A DNA stretch of 32,000 nt from the NCBI RefSeq assembly GCF_009184895.1, contig NZ_WESE01000010.1, forward strand, positions 15,164 through 47,163. Direction: 5' to 3'. Within the stretch, counting starts at the first letter, position 1. Each line of letters starts with the position of its first letter. The translations under genes and the position numbers were made by a program. The DNA is from Nostocoides sp. F2B08. Its GTDB lineage: Bacteria > Actinomycetota > Actinomycetes > Actinomycetales > Dermatophilaceae. This document shows positions 17,148 to 26,522 of this stretch, piece by piece. The notes below the pieces were generated by a model. It searched no databases, was not told the origin of the DNA, and worked only from the letters and a program-made list of their open reading frames with translations.

Positions 17148-17154
17148 CTCACCT

Positions 17155-18537
17155 ATGACGACTTCGGTGGTGTGGCTGCGTCGCGACCTCCGGCTGGCGG
17201 ACAACCCCGCCCTCCTGGCCGCGGCGAAGGAGGTCGGAGACGGCGCCGACGACGACGAGGGGGTATGCGTCGCCGTGGTTCTCGACGAGACTCTCCTCGG
17301 TCGGAGCGAGCGTCGGGCGCAGCGCTACCTCGCCTCGCTCCGCGCGCTGGACGACGAGCTCGACGGCTCACTCACCGTCCTGCGCGGTCGACCCGAGACG
17401 GCCCTCCCGCGGCTGGCGAAGGAGCTCGGGGCGGGCACCGTCCACGTCTCCCGGGAGACCACGCCCTACGGGCGCCGGCGCGACGAGCGGGTCGAGGCCG
17501 CGCTCGACGACGCCGGCGTGCGCCTGCGCGCGTCCGGGACGCCCTACGCCGTCGGACCGGGCACCATCCTCACCGGGAGCGACACGCCGTACAAGGTGTT
17601 CACGCCGTTCTCCAGGGCCTGGCGTGAGCACGGCTGGCCGCGTCCGGCCGACCGCCCGGAGGCACGGTGGCTGCGCGCCGACGCGGGCACGGACCTGCCC
17701 CAGCCGACCGATGGGGAACCGGACGAGGGCGCGGGCGAGAGCGTGGCATACGAGAAGTGGACGCGGTTCCTCGCCGAGGACCTCGAGGGCTACGCCGAGG
17801 AGCGCAACCGGCCAGACCTCGACACGACGAGCCGGATGTCGGTGCACCTGAAGTACGGCGAGATCCATCCGCGGACGATGCTGGCCGATCTCGTCGACCA
17901 CGACCTGTGGGGCACCGACGACGTCGACCGGTTCGTCACGGAGCTGTGTTGGCGCGAGTTCTACGCGGACGTCCTCTGGCACCGGCCGGACTCGGCGTGG
18001 GGCGACTGGAACGACACGCTCTCGGGGATGGAGTACGCCGACCCGGAGGACCCGGACGTCGTCGCCGACATCGACGCCTGGCGCGAGGGGCGCACCGGGT
18101 TCCCGATCGTCGATGCCGGGATGCGCCAGCTGCTCGAGGAGGGCTGGATGCACAACCGCCTCCGGATGATCACGGCGAGCTTCCTCGTCAAGGACCTGCA
18201 CGTCTGGTGGCCGGTCGGGGCGCGGCACTTCCTCAGCCACCTCCAGGACGGCGACATCGCGAGCAACAACCACGGGTGGCAGTGGGTCGCCGGCACCGGG
18301 ACGGACGCCTCGCCGTACTTCCGCGTGTTCAACCCGATCACCCAGGGCCAGCGGTTCGATCCGGACGGCGAGTACGTCCGCCGGTGGGTGCCCGAGCTGG
18401 CGCACGTGCCCGGCAAGGCCGTGCATGAGCCGTGGAAAGCCGACGACGGCCTCGCGGAGGGCTATCCGGAGCGGATCGTCGACCACGCGCACGAGCGAGA
18501 ACGGGCCCTCGAGCGCTACGACAAGGCGCGCGGTTGA
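17155..18537 (+). CDS. phr: Deoxyribodipyrimidine (CPD) photolyase, class I
   Basis: 460 aa from ATG 17155, beginning MTTSVVWLRRDLRLADNPAL. The FAD-binding domain blocks are TGFPIVDAGMRQL, GWMHNRLRMITASFL, NNHGWQWVAGTGTDASPYFRVFNP and QGQRFDPDGEYVRRWVPEL. The 247-codon N-terminal extension in the ORF track is antisense to ideR. Confidence 0.9.
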   Translation: MTTSVVWLRRDLRLADNPALLAAAKEVGDGADDDEGVCVAVVLDETLLGRSERRAQRYLASLRALDDELDGSLTVLRGRPETALPRLAKELGAGTVHVSRETTPYGRRRDERVEAALDDAGVRLRASGTPYAVGPGTILTGSDTPYKVFTPFSRAWREHGWPRPADRPEARWLRADAGTDLPQPTDGEPDEGAGESVAYEKWTRFLAEDLEGYAEERNRPDLDTTSRMSVHLKYGEIHPRTMLADLVDHDLWGTDDVDRFVTELCWREFYADVLWHRPDSAWGDWNDTLSGMEYADPEDPDVVADIDAWREGRTGFPIVDAGMRQLLEEGWMHNRLRMITASFLVKDLHVWWPVGARHFLSHLQDGDIASNNHGWQWVAGTGTDASPYFRVFNPITQGQRFDPDGEYVRRWVPELAHVPGKAVHEPWKADDGLAEGYPERIVDHAHERERALERYDKARG

Positions 18538-18550
18538 GCTGGTCGGGCCC

Positions 18551-19453
18551 CTACACCGCCGACTCGCGCTGTGTGGAGAACTGGTCCTCGAGGTCGCGTA
18601 CCCGGCCTCCGCGGCTGAAGAGGACCCCGAACGCCGCAGCGACGAAGAACATCACGATGCCGTAGATCGCAGGAGGAACGGCCATCTCGGTGCTCTGCAG
18701 GACGGTCACCGCCATCGCGATGGCGAGGGTGGCGTTGTGGATGCCGATCTCGAAGCTGCTCGCGATCGCCTGGGCTTCGCCGAGCCCCAGCAGGCGCGGC
18801 ACCGCATAGCCCACCGACAGCGAGATGGCGCAGAACGCGATCGCGATGAGGCCGACCTCGGCGACGTAGTCGAGCAGGGTCTCCCGCTCGCCGTACACCG
18901 CACCCGCGACGATGAGCACGAGGAGGATCACCGAGGCGATCCGGACCGGCCGGTTCATGCGTGCGGCGAACTCCACCGCACGGCTGCGCACGAGCATCCC
19001 GACCGCGACGGGGATGAGCACGATGGCGAACACCTGCACGAGCTTCCCGAACTGGAGCCCGATGCCGTCGTCCTCGCCGACGAAGAAGCCGAGCGCGAGA
19101 TTGGTGACGACAGGCAGCGTGACGACCGCGATGAGGGAGTTGATGGCGGTGAGGCTGATGTTGAGGGCGACGTCCCCGTGGAACAGGTGCGAGTAGAGAT
19201 TCGCCGTCGAGCCTCCAGGCGAAGCCGCGAGGATCATGAAGCCCACGGCCAGCAGCGGGGGCAGGTCGAAGAGGAGGACCAGGCCGAAGGCGACGAGCGG
19301 AAGGACGAGGATCTGGCAGGTCAGCGCCACGACCACCGCCTTGGGCGCCTGCGCCACTCGGCGGAAGTCGGCGGGGGTGAGTGACAGTCCGAGGCCGAGC
19401 ATGATGACTGCCAGACCGACGGGCAGCCCAACGGTCACCAGAGTTGAGTCCAT
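18551..19453 (-). CDS. Bile acid:sodium symporter (BASS/SBF) family transporter
   Basis: 300 aa and polytopic. GLGLSLTPADFRRV, ILAASPGGSTANLYSHL and the overall 9-10 TM layout are typical of PF01758. Confidence 0.85.
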   Translation of the reverse strand: MDSTLVTVGLPVGLAVIMLGLGLSLTPADFRRVAQAPKAVVVALTCQILVLPLVAFGLVLLFDLPPLLAVGFMILAASPGGSTANLYSHLFHGDVALNISLTAINSLIAVVTLPVVTNLALGFFVGEDDGIGLQFGKLVQVFAIVLIPVAVGMLVRSRAVEFAARMNRPVRIASVILLVLIVAGAVYGERETLLDYVAEVGLIAIAFCAISLSVGYAVPRLLGLGEAQAIASSFEIGIHNATLAIAMAVTVLQSTEMAVPPAIYGIVMFFVAAAFGVLFSRGGRVRDLEDQFSTQRESAV

Positions 19454-19501
19454 GGCCGTTCATTGAAGCAGCGGTGATCCGGCCGTGGGAGAGTGAGCGC
19501 C

Positions 19502-20257
19502 ATGGACACCGCGATGTCTGGCCGAACGGCCGTGGTCACCGGAGCGAGCAGCGGGATCGGGGCGGCCACGGCCCGGGCGCTGGCCGCGTCCGGATACCGG
19601 GTGGTCTGCGCGGCCCGCCGCGCCGACCGCATCGCCGCGCTCGCCGACGAGATCGGCGGCATCGCCGTGACGTGCGACGTGACCGCCGACACGGATGTCG
19701 CCGCGCTGGCCGAGGCCGCTGGGCCCCGCGTGAACGTGCTCGTCAACAACGCGGGCGGCGCGCACGGTCTCGAGCCGGTCGCCGAAGCCGACCTCGCGGC
19801 ATGGCAGACGATGTTCGACGTCAACGTGCTCGGCGTCGTGCGCGTGACCAAGGCGCTGCTGCCCGCTCTCGTCGCGGCCGGTGACGGGATCATCGTCAAC
19901 GTCGGCTCGACGGCCGGCCGGATCGTCTACGAGGGCGGGGCGGGCTACACGGCCGCGAAGCACGGCCTCGCGGCCGTGTCCGAGACCCTGCGCCTCGAGC
20001 TGTTCGACCAGCCCGTGCGGGTCACCGAGATCGAGCCGGGGATGGTGCGCACCGACGAGTTCTCCCTCACCCGCTTCAAGGGCGACAAGGACAAGGCCGA
20101 CCGCGTGTATGCGGGGGTCGCCCAACCGCTCGTCGCCGAGGACGTCGCAGACGCGATCACGTGGATGGCGACCCGGCCGGCGCACGTCAACATCGACCTG
20201 CTCGTCATCAAGCCGCGCGCCCAGGCCGCGCAGCACAAGGTGCACCGGGAGGGGTGA
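19502..20257 (+). CDS. Classical SDR family oxidoreductase (YdfG-like)
   Basis: Motifs TGASSGIG and NNAG are present, along with the YTAAK catalytic Tyr/Lys. The ATG at 19502 lies 8 nt after GGGAGAG; GTG 19493 is an alternative start. Confidence 0.85.
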   Translation: MDTAMSGRTAVVTGASSGIGAATARALAASGYRVVCAARRADRIAALADEIGGIAVTCDVTADTDVAALAEAAGPRVNVLVNNAGGAHGLEPVAEADLAAWQTMFDVNVLGVVRVTKALLPALVAAGDGIIVNVGSTAGRIVYEGGAGYTAAKHGLAAVSETLRLELFDQPVRVTEIEPGMVRTDEFSLTRFKGDKDKADRVYAGVAQPLVAEDVADAITWMATRPAHVNIDLLVIKPRAQAAQHKVHREG

Positions 20258-20273
20258 CGCGGTGGACGGGCGG

Positions 20274-21527
20274 ATGGAGGAGAGCGTCTTCACGTATGCG
20301 GCACCGCGGCTGAAGTTCGGTGCCGGCGCCAGCGTCGAGATCGGCTTCGAGCTGCGGATGCTCGGTGCGCGCCGGGTGCTCATCGTGACCGACGCCGGGG
20401 TCGCCGCGACGGGCCATCCGGCGCGGATCGCCGAGCGGCTCGCGGCCGAGGGGTGCGAGGTTGCGGTGTTCACCGGCGCCCATGTCGAGCCGACGGACGA
20501 CTCGATGCTCACGGCGGTCGAGTGGGCACGTGACGAGGGGCCGTTCGATGCCATCGTCGCCGTCGGGGGTGGGTCGAGCATCGACACCGCCAAGGCGGTC
20601 AACCTGCTGACCACAAACGACGGCGGTCTCGAGGACTACCTCAACAAGCCGGTCGGCGCCGGGCGCGCACCGACACGGCCGCTGCTGCCGCTCGTCGCGG
20701 TCCCGACGACGACGGGAACGGGCTCGGAGAGCACGACCATCTGCGTCCTCGACGTGCTCGCCCTCAAGGTCAAGACGGGCATCAGCCACGCCGCGCTCCG
20801 ACCCACCGTCGCCGTCGTCGACCCCGACCTGACGATGACCCAGCCACCCGGCGTGACCGCAGCGGCAGGGCTCGACATCCTGTGCCACGCCCTGGAGTCG
20901 TACACCGCTAGGCCGTACACCGCATACCCCCGGAAGCGGCCGGAGGAGCGGGTGCCGTACTGCGGCGCCAACCCGGTCGCGGACGTGTTCTGCGAGAAGG
21001 CGGTCGGGCTCCTGGCGCGCTCGTTCCGCACGGCGTGGCGCGACGGCGACGATGCCGCGGCGCGTAGCGACATGGCGCTCGCCGCAACGCTCGCCGGGAT
21101 GGGCTTCGGCAACGCCGGGGTCCACGTGCCGCATGCGAACGCATACCCGATCGCGGGTCTGGTCCGCGACTTCCGGCCGGCGGGGTATCCGGACGGAGCG
21201 CCGCTCGTCCCGCACGGGATGGCCGTCTCGCTCACCGCGCCCGCGGCCTTCGAGCTGACCTATTCGAGCAACCCTGCGCGGCACGACCGGCTCGCCGCTC
21301 TGCTCGGTGGCCCGGATGTAGCGGCCGGACCGACGGGGCTCGCCGACCGGGTGCGCGAGCTGATGGCCGACCTCGAGGTGCCGTCCCGACTGGGCGATGT
21401 CGGCTACGACACCGGCGACGTCGAGGCGCTCGTCGAGGGCTCGCTGCGCCAGCAGCGCCTGCTCGCCACCGCTCCGCTCGACGTCGGCGCCGACGAGCTG
21501 CGCTCGGTCTTCCGCGCCTCCCTCTAG
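20274..21527 (+). CDS. Iron-containing alcohol dehydrogenase family (hydroxyacid-oxoacid transhydrogenase-like)
   Basis: The product starts MEESVFTYAAPRLKFGAGAS and carries the GGGSSIDTAKA nucleotide-binding motif and the His-rich metal site (ILCHALES, HVPHANAY, VPHGMA). It lies 16 nt after the SDR gene, so the two are probably one operon. Confidence 0.85.
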   Translation: MEESVFTYAAPRLKFGAGASVEIGFELRMLGARRVLIVTDAGVAATGHPARIAERLAAEGCEVAVFTGAHVEPTDDSMLTAVEWARDEGPFDAIVAVGGGSSIDTAKAVNLLTTNDGGLEDYLNKPVGAGRAPTRPLLPLVAVPTTTGTGSESTTICVLDVLALKVKTGISHAALRPTVAVVDPDLTMTQPPGVTAAAGLDILCHALESYTARPYTAYPRKRPEERVPYCGANPVADVFCEKAVGLLARSFRTAWRDGDDAAARSDMALAATLAGMGFGNAGVHVPHANAYPIAGLVRDFRPAGYPDGAPLVPHGMAVSLTAPAAFELTYSSNPARHDRLAALLGGPDVAAGPTGLADRVRELMADLEVPSRLGDVGYDTGDVEALVEGSLRQQRLLATAPLDVGADELRSVFRASL

Positions 21528-21582
21528 GAACGAACCCCCGAGGCTCCGCAGATCCGCGCGGCGGGCGGCCTTGTCGGCACAT

Positions 21583-21602
21583 GACGCGGAAATATCCGCG
21601 TC
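21583..21602. terminator. Short palindromic hairpin between convergent genes
   Basis: GACGCGGA - AATA - TCCGCGTC lies midway between the ADH stop (21527) and the pdxH stop (21677). The stem is only 8 bp, so support is weak. Confidence 0.3.
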
Positions 21603-21676
21603 CGAGATGCCCAAGGCCGCCACGACGGCAGATGTCCGCCATCACCTGCCTACGGACCATCCCTGGCCGGCGCCCG

Positions 21677-22366
21677 TCAGGGCTGGCGGCGGGTGACCGC
21701 CCACGACGCCGGGTCGTCCAGGGTCCCGTCGCCGATTCGGGTGAACACGATGCGGTCATGGAGGCGGCTGCGGCGGCCGGCCCAGAACTCGACCTCGTGC
21801 GCCCGGACGCGCCACCCGCAGAAGTCGGCCGGCATCGGAACGGCGTCCTCCGCGCCGGTGTCGGGGTAGCGGGCTTCCCACTCGGCGAAGGCCGCCTCGA
21901 GGGCGTCACGGTTCTCGATCGGATGCGACTGCAGCGAGGCGCAGGCCGCGATCTGCGAGCCGTAGGGCCGGGTCCGCCAGTACGCGCGCAGCTCGTCGGC
22001 CCCGATCGGCTCGGCCACCCCGCGGAACCTGATCGCCCGGAACAGCCCCGGCCACGTGTACGCCAGCGCGATCCGCCCGTTCGTCGCGAGCTCGCGGGCC
22101 TTGGCCGAGTGCAGCGAGGAGACGAACCCCGGTCCGCGGTCGTCGAGGAACCGGGCGAGGACCACGCGCACGTTCGGCATCCCGTCGGCGTCCACCGTCG
22201 CGACGCTCACCGCGGTCGGCTCGGCGAACCCCGGGGTCACCTCCGCGGCGGCGACCGCCTCGGAGACCCACGCCCGGGTCTGTTGCCAGGGCGTGCCGGC
22301 GACGGTGCCCTCGTCGATGCCCTCACTGTCGTAGTCCGTCCGGGGGTACCCGCTCAGGTCGCTCAC
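21677..22366 (-). CDS. pdxH: Pyridoxamine 5'-phosphate oxidase
   Basis: 229 aa with a GTG start. The C-terminal signature FCGWRVRAHEVEFWAGRRSRLHDRIVF and RAYWRTRPYGSQI are diagnostic PdxH blocks. Confidence 0.9.
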   Translation of the reverse strand: MSDLSGYPRTDYDSEGIDEGTVAGTPWQQTRAWVSEAVAAAEVTPGFAEPTAVSVATVDADGMPNVRVVLARFLDDRGPGFVSSLHSAKARELATNGRIALAYTWPGLFRAIRFRGVAEPIGADELRAYWRTRPYGSQIAACASLQSHPIENRDALEAAFAEWEARYPDTGAEDAVPMPADFCGWRVRAHEVEFWAGRRSRLHDRIVFTRIGDGTLDDPASWAVTRRQP

Positions 22367-22492
22367 GCTACGAGCCTATTGCGCGCGCATGAGTCCGGTA
22401 TGCGGTCCTCCCCGCGCACGTTCGGCTCCCCCTGCGTGCACAATGGGCACCCGAGCCGCGCCGCCCACGCGCGACGACCGAACGGAGACTCT

Positions 22493-23590
22493 ATGGCTGA
22501 CAGCGACGTCAAGCACGGTCTCGAGGGCGTCATCGCCTTCGAGACCACCATCGCCGAGCCGGACCGCGAGGGCGGGGCGCTGCGCTACCGCGGCGTCGAC
22601 ATCGAGGACCTCGTCGGTCGGGTCGGCTTCGGCCGGGTCTGGGGTCTGCTCGTCGACAACGCCATGGACCCCGGCCTGCCGCCCGCCGAGCCGTTCCCGC
22701 TGCCGATCCACACCGGCGACGTCCGCGTCGACGTCCAGGCCGCCCTGGCGATGCTCGCGCCGCTGTGGGGTTTCAAGCCCGTGCTCGACATCGAGCCCGG
22801 CGAGGTCCGCGACAACCTCGCGCGCGCGTCCGTCATGGCGTTGTCCTTCATCGCGCAGTCCGCGCGCGGACAGCAGCTGCCGATGGTGCCGCAGACCCGC
22901 GTCGACGAGGGCCACACGATCACCGAGCGCTTCATGATCCGCTGGCGCGGCGAGCCGGACCCCCGACACGTCGAGGCCGTCGACGCCTACTGGGTCTCGG
23001 CGGCCGAGCACGGCATGAACGCCTCGACCTTCACCGCCCGCGTCATCGCCTCGACGGGCGCCGACGTCGCCGCATGCCTCTCCGGAGCCGTCGGCGCCAT
23101 GAGCGGCCCGCTGCACGGCGGGGCGCCGTCGCGGGTCCTGCACATGATCGAGGGCGTCGAACAGACCGGCGACGCCACCGCATACGTCACGGGGGTTCTC
23201 GACCGCGGTGAGCGGCTGATGGGCTTCGGTCACCGGGTCTACCGGGCCGAGGACCCGCGGGCGCGGGTGCTGCGTGCGACGTGCGAGCGACTCGGCGCGC
23301 CGCGCTACGAGGTCGCCGCCGCGCTCGAGCAGGCGGCGCTCGCCGAGCTGCACGCGCGCCGACCCGACCGCGTCCTCGCGACCAACGTCGAGTTCTGGGC
23401 CGCGGTCCTGCTCGACTTCGCCGAGGTGCCGGCCGCCATGTTCACGCCGATGTTCACCTGCGCCCGCACCGCGGGCTGGGCGGCCCACATCCTCGAGCAG
23501 AAGCGCACCGGCAGGCTGATCCGGCCGTCGGCGCGCTACGTCGGTGAGGGTCCGCGCAGCATCGAGGCGATCACCGGCTGGCACGCCTGA
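22493..23590 (+). CDS. citA: Citrate synthase (short, CitA/GltA-II type)
   Basis: 365 aa from ATG 22493, preceded by ACGGAGA. Blocks LEGVIAFETTIAEPDREGGALRYRGVDIEDL, SGPLHGGA and the GFGHRVYRAEDPRA signature are present. Confidence 0.9.
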   Translation: MADSDVKHGLEGVIAFETTIAEPDREGGALRYRGVDIEDLVGRVGFGRVWGLLVDNAMDPGLPPAEPFPLPIHTGDVRVDVQAALAMLAPLWGFKPVLDIEPGEVRDNLARASVMALSFIAQSARGQQLPMVPQTRVDEGHTITERFMIRWRGEPDPRHVEAVDAYWVSAAEHGMNASTFTARVIASTGADVAACLSGAVGAMSGPLHGGAPSRVLHMIEGVEQTGDATAYVTGVLDRGERLMGFGHRVYRAEDPRARVLRATCERLGAPRYEVAAALEQAALAELHARRPDRVLATNVEFWAAVLLDFAEVPAAMFTPMFTCARTAGWAAHILEQKRTGRLIRPSARYVGEGPRSIEAITGWHA

Positions 23591-24784
<1,194 letters not shown>

Positions 24785-24811
24785 GCCGCTGCGGGACAGG
24801 CCCCGCGAGGG

Positions 24812-25759
24812 TCACTCCTGGCAGGTCAGACCCTCGCGTTCGGGCGCCACGGTCTCGGCCCACCACCGCACGAGACCGGTGACGTCGCCCGCGGCCGACG
24901 CATACACCCCGTCCTCGGCGCGCGCCGACAGCGCCAGCGCGAACCGCTCGGTCCCGACCTGCCCGTCCCCGAGCTGACGCAGCACGTATGCGCCGCCCCC
25001 TTCGGGCCCCCAGCCGCCCTTGAGATGGGCCGAGTCGAGCTCGCCGATCCCCCAGCGCTGGTCCGCGACCACGTCGGACATCACCTGCCGCACCTCGCCG
25101 GCCGTCGTGGCCGCCGGGGCACAGGCGAGGGCTCCGGCGAAGCGCGCCGCGTCGGTCACCGACCAGACCGTCTGGCCGTACGGCGAGAAGGGCGGGCTGA
25201 CCCGCTCGCTCTCGGTCCGGGTCGCGGGTGAGTCGTATGCGGTGAGGACGGCGTCGACCGCTGCCGCCGCCGCCTCGGGGTCGCCGAGTCCGGCCCAGAG
25301 CGCGTCCGCGGCCGCGTTGTCGCTGCGCGTCAGAGCCGCCTCGACATCGGTCCAGGTCGCCGCGCCGGGGTCGGCCTCGAGCGCTGCGACGGAGAGCGGG
25401 ACCTTGATCGTCGACCAGGCGGTGGACCCGGGTGCCGACCCGAGCAGGTGGAGACCTTCGGCGTCGAGCCATGCCAGCGCATACGACCCGCCGAGGCGGG
25501 CGACCTCCTCGTCGAAGGCCTCGGTCAGCGCGGCGTCGGGCTCGACCAGGGTAGGTGTCGCCGAGGCCGTGACGGTCGGCGTCGGCCGAGGCGTGGTCGG
25601 CCCCGGCGAGGCGATGCTCGCCGTGGGCGTGGCGGACGGAACCGGGCCGGCCGCGAGGTCGCCGGACCGCAGGCCGAGCCACCCGAGTGCCGCCACGAGG
25701 ACGACGAGAGCGGCCGTCCCCAACCCCGCGAGGAGGGCCTCGCGGCGGGACTCGCTCAT
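24812..25759 (-). CDS. Membrane-anchored class-A beta-lactamase-like serine hydrolase
   Basis: 315 aa from ATG 25759. It has an N-terminal TM (LLAGLGTAALVVLVAALGWLGL) and a Pro/Thr linker. The class-A motifs then appear in order: STIK (SxxK), SDN, RTESE (RxE omega-loop-like) and KGG (KTG-like). Confidence 0.7.
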   Translation of the reverse strand: MSESRREALLAGLGTAALVVLVAALGWLGLRSGDLAAGPVPSATPTASIASPGPTTPRPTPTVTASATPTLVEPDAALTEAFDEEVARLGGSYALAWLDAEGLHLLGSAPGSTAWSTIKVPLSVAALEADPGAATWTDVEAALTRSDNAAADALWAGLGDPEAAAAAVDAVLTAYDSPATRTESERVSPPFSPYGQTVWSVTDAARFAGALACAPAATTAGEVRQVMSDVVADQRWGIGELDSAHLKGGWGPEGGGAYVLRQLGDGQVGTERFALALSARAEDGVYASAAGDVTGLVRWWAETVAPEREGLTCQE

Positions 25760-25779
25760 GCGGCGGGCACCGCGCTCGC

Positions 25780-26439
25780 TCAGCCTACGGGGACGAGGTA
25801 GACGACTGCGTTGTTGCCGCCCTCGCACCGGACCGGCGTGGTGAAGTCGCACGTCATGTCGTACGTCTCACCGGTGACGGGTGAGGAGACGTCGCTGAGC
25901 GTCGCCTCCTCCGTGGTCTCGCCGAGGTCCGCGTATGCGCTGCCCACGTTCTCCGCGAAGGGGCAGGAGGTCGCGTCGTTGCCGCTGTAGACGGTGAAAC
26001 CGCCGACCGAGCCGCACGTCTGCGCGGACCCGGGCAGCTCGATCTCGGCCGGCTCGGGTGCCTCGGTCGGCGACTCCGTGGGGGTGCTCGGGGTCGTGCT
26101 CGGCGTGGCCTCGTCGGTCGTCTCGCCGCCGGTCGCCGGCTCGCTCGTCGCCGGCGCGGTCGTGGTCTGGTCGCCGGCCGTCGTCTCGTCGTCCCCCCCG
26201 AAGAGCCAGACGAGCAGCAGCGCGACAAGCGCGACCGCCGCGATGGCGGCGGCGATCATGCCGGCCGATGGTCCCTGGCGTGGCTCGGGCGGGGGCGGGC
26301 CCGTCGCATACGGAACCTCCCACGTGTCGTCACGCACCGGCGTGGTCTCCTCGGCCGGGGCGTCGGTGAGGTACGCGCCGCAGCCACCGCAGTACTGGTC
26401 CTCCGGGGCGACCGGGTGACCGCAGTTCGAGCACACCAT
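25780..26439 (-). CDS. Zinc-ribbon / single-TM protein with a 4-Cys extracytoplasmic domain
   Basis: The N-terminus is MVCSNCGHPVAPEDQYCGGCGAYL (CxxC...CxxC). A TM follows (MIAAAIAAVALVALLLVWLF), then a Thr/Pro/Glu linker, then a C-terminal domain with four Cys (TCGSV...TSCPFAENV...MTCDF...VRCEGGNNAVVYLV). The start ATG overlaps the upstream micro-ORF stop as TGATG. Confidence 0.7.
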   Translation of the reverse strand: MVCSNCGHPVAPEDQYCGGCGAYLTDAPAEETTPVRDDTWEVPYATGPPPPEPRQGPSAGMIAAAIAAVALVALLLVWLFGGDDETTAGDQTTTAPATSEPATGGETTDEATPSTTPSTPTESPTEAPEPAEIELPGSAQTCGSVGGFTVYSGNDATSCPFAENVGSAYADLGETTEEATLSDVSSPVTGETYDMTCDFTTPVRCEGGNNAVVYLVPVG

Positions 26440-26522
26440 CAGACCAACGCTGCCACGAGTGCGATGGCGAGGACAACTGCGAGGACGCCGAGGGTCAGGT
26501 TCCGACGGGTCCTGGCGTTCAT
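26439..26522 (-). CDS. Candidate 27-aa single-TM micro-protein (absent as a separate entry in the ORF track)
   Basis: The product is MNARTRRNLTLGVLAVVLAIALVAALV. Its ATG overlaps the MFS stop as ATGA (26519-26522) and its TGA overlaps the next gene's ATG as TGATG (26437-26441). It has a positive-inside N-terminus and one hydrophobic helix, and 21 of 26 third codon positions are G/C. Confidence 0.45.
   Translation of the reverse strand: MNARTRRNLTLGVLAVVLAIALVAALV

Noticed and set aside
16414-17154. N-terminal 247-codon extension of the photolyase ORF.
   Set aside because: It is antisense to ideR. The photolyase family N-terminus (MTTSVVWLRRDLRLADNPAL) begins at ATG 17155.
17100-17160. SOS box (TCGAAC-N4-GTTCGA) or PafBC/RecA-independent motif upstream of the photolyase gene.
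   Set aside because: No SOS-box-like palindrome is present. TGTCACCC occurs at 17131-17138, but only 3 nt separate it from the -10-like hexamer, which does not fit the spacing I recall for that motif.
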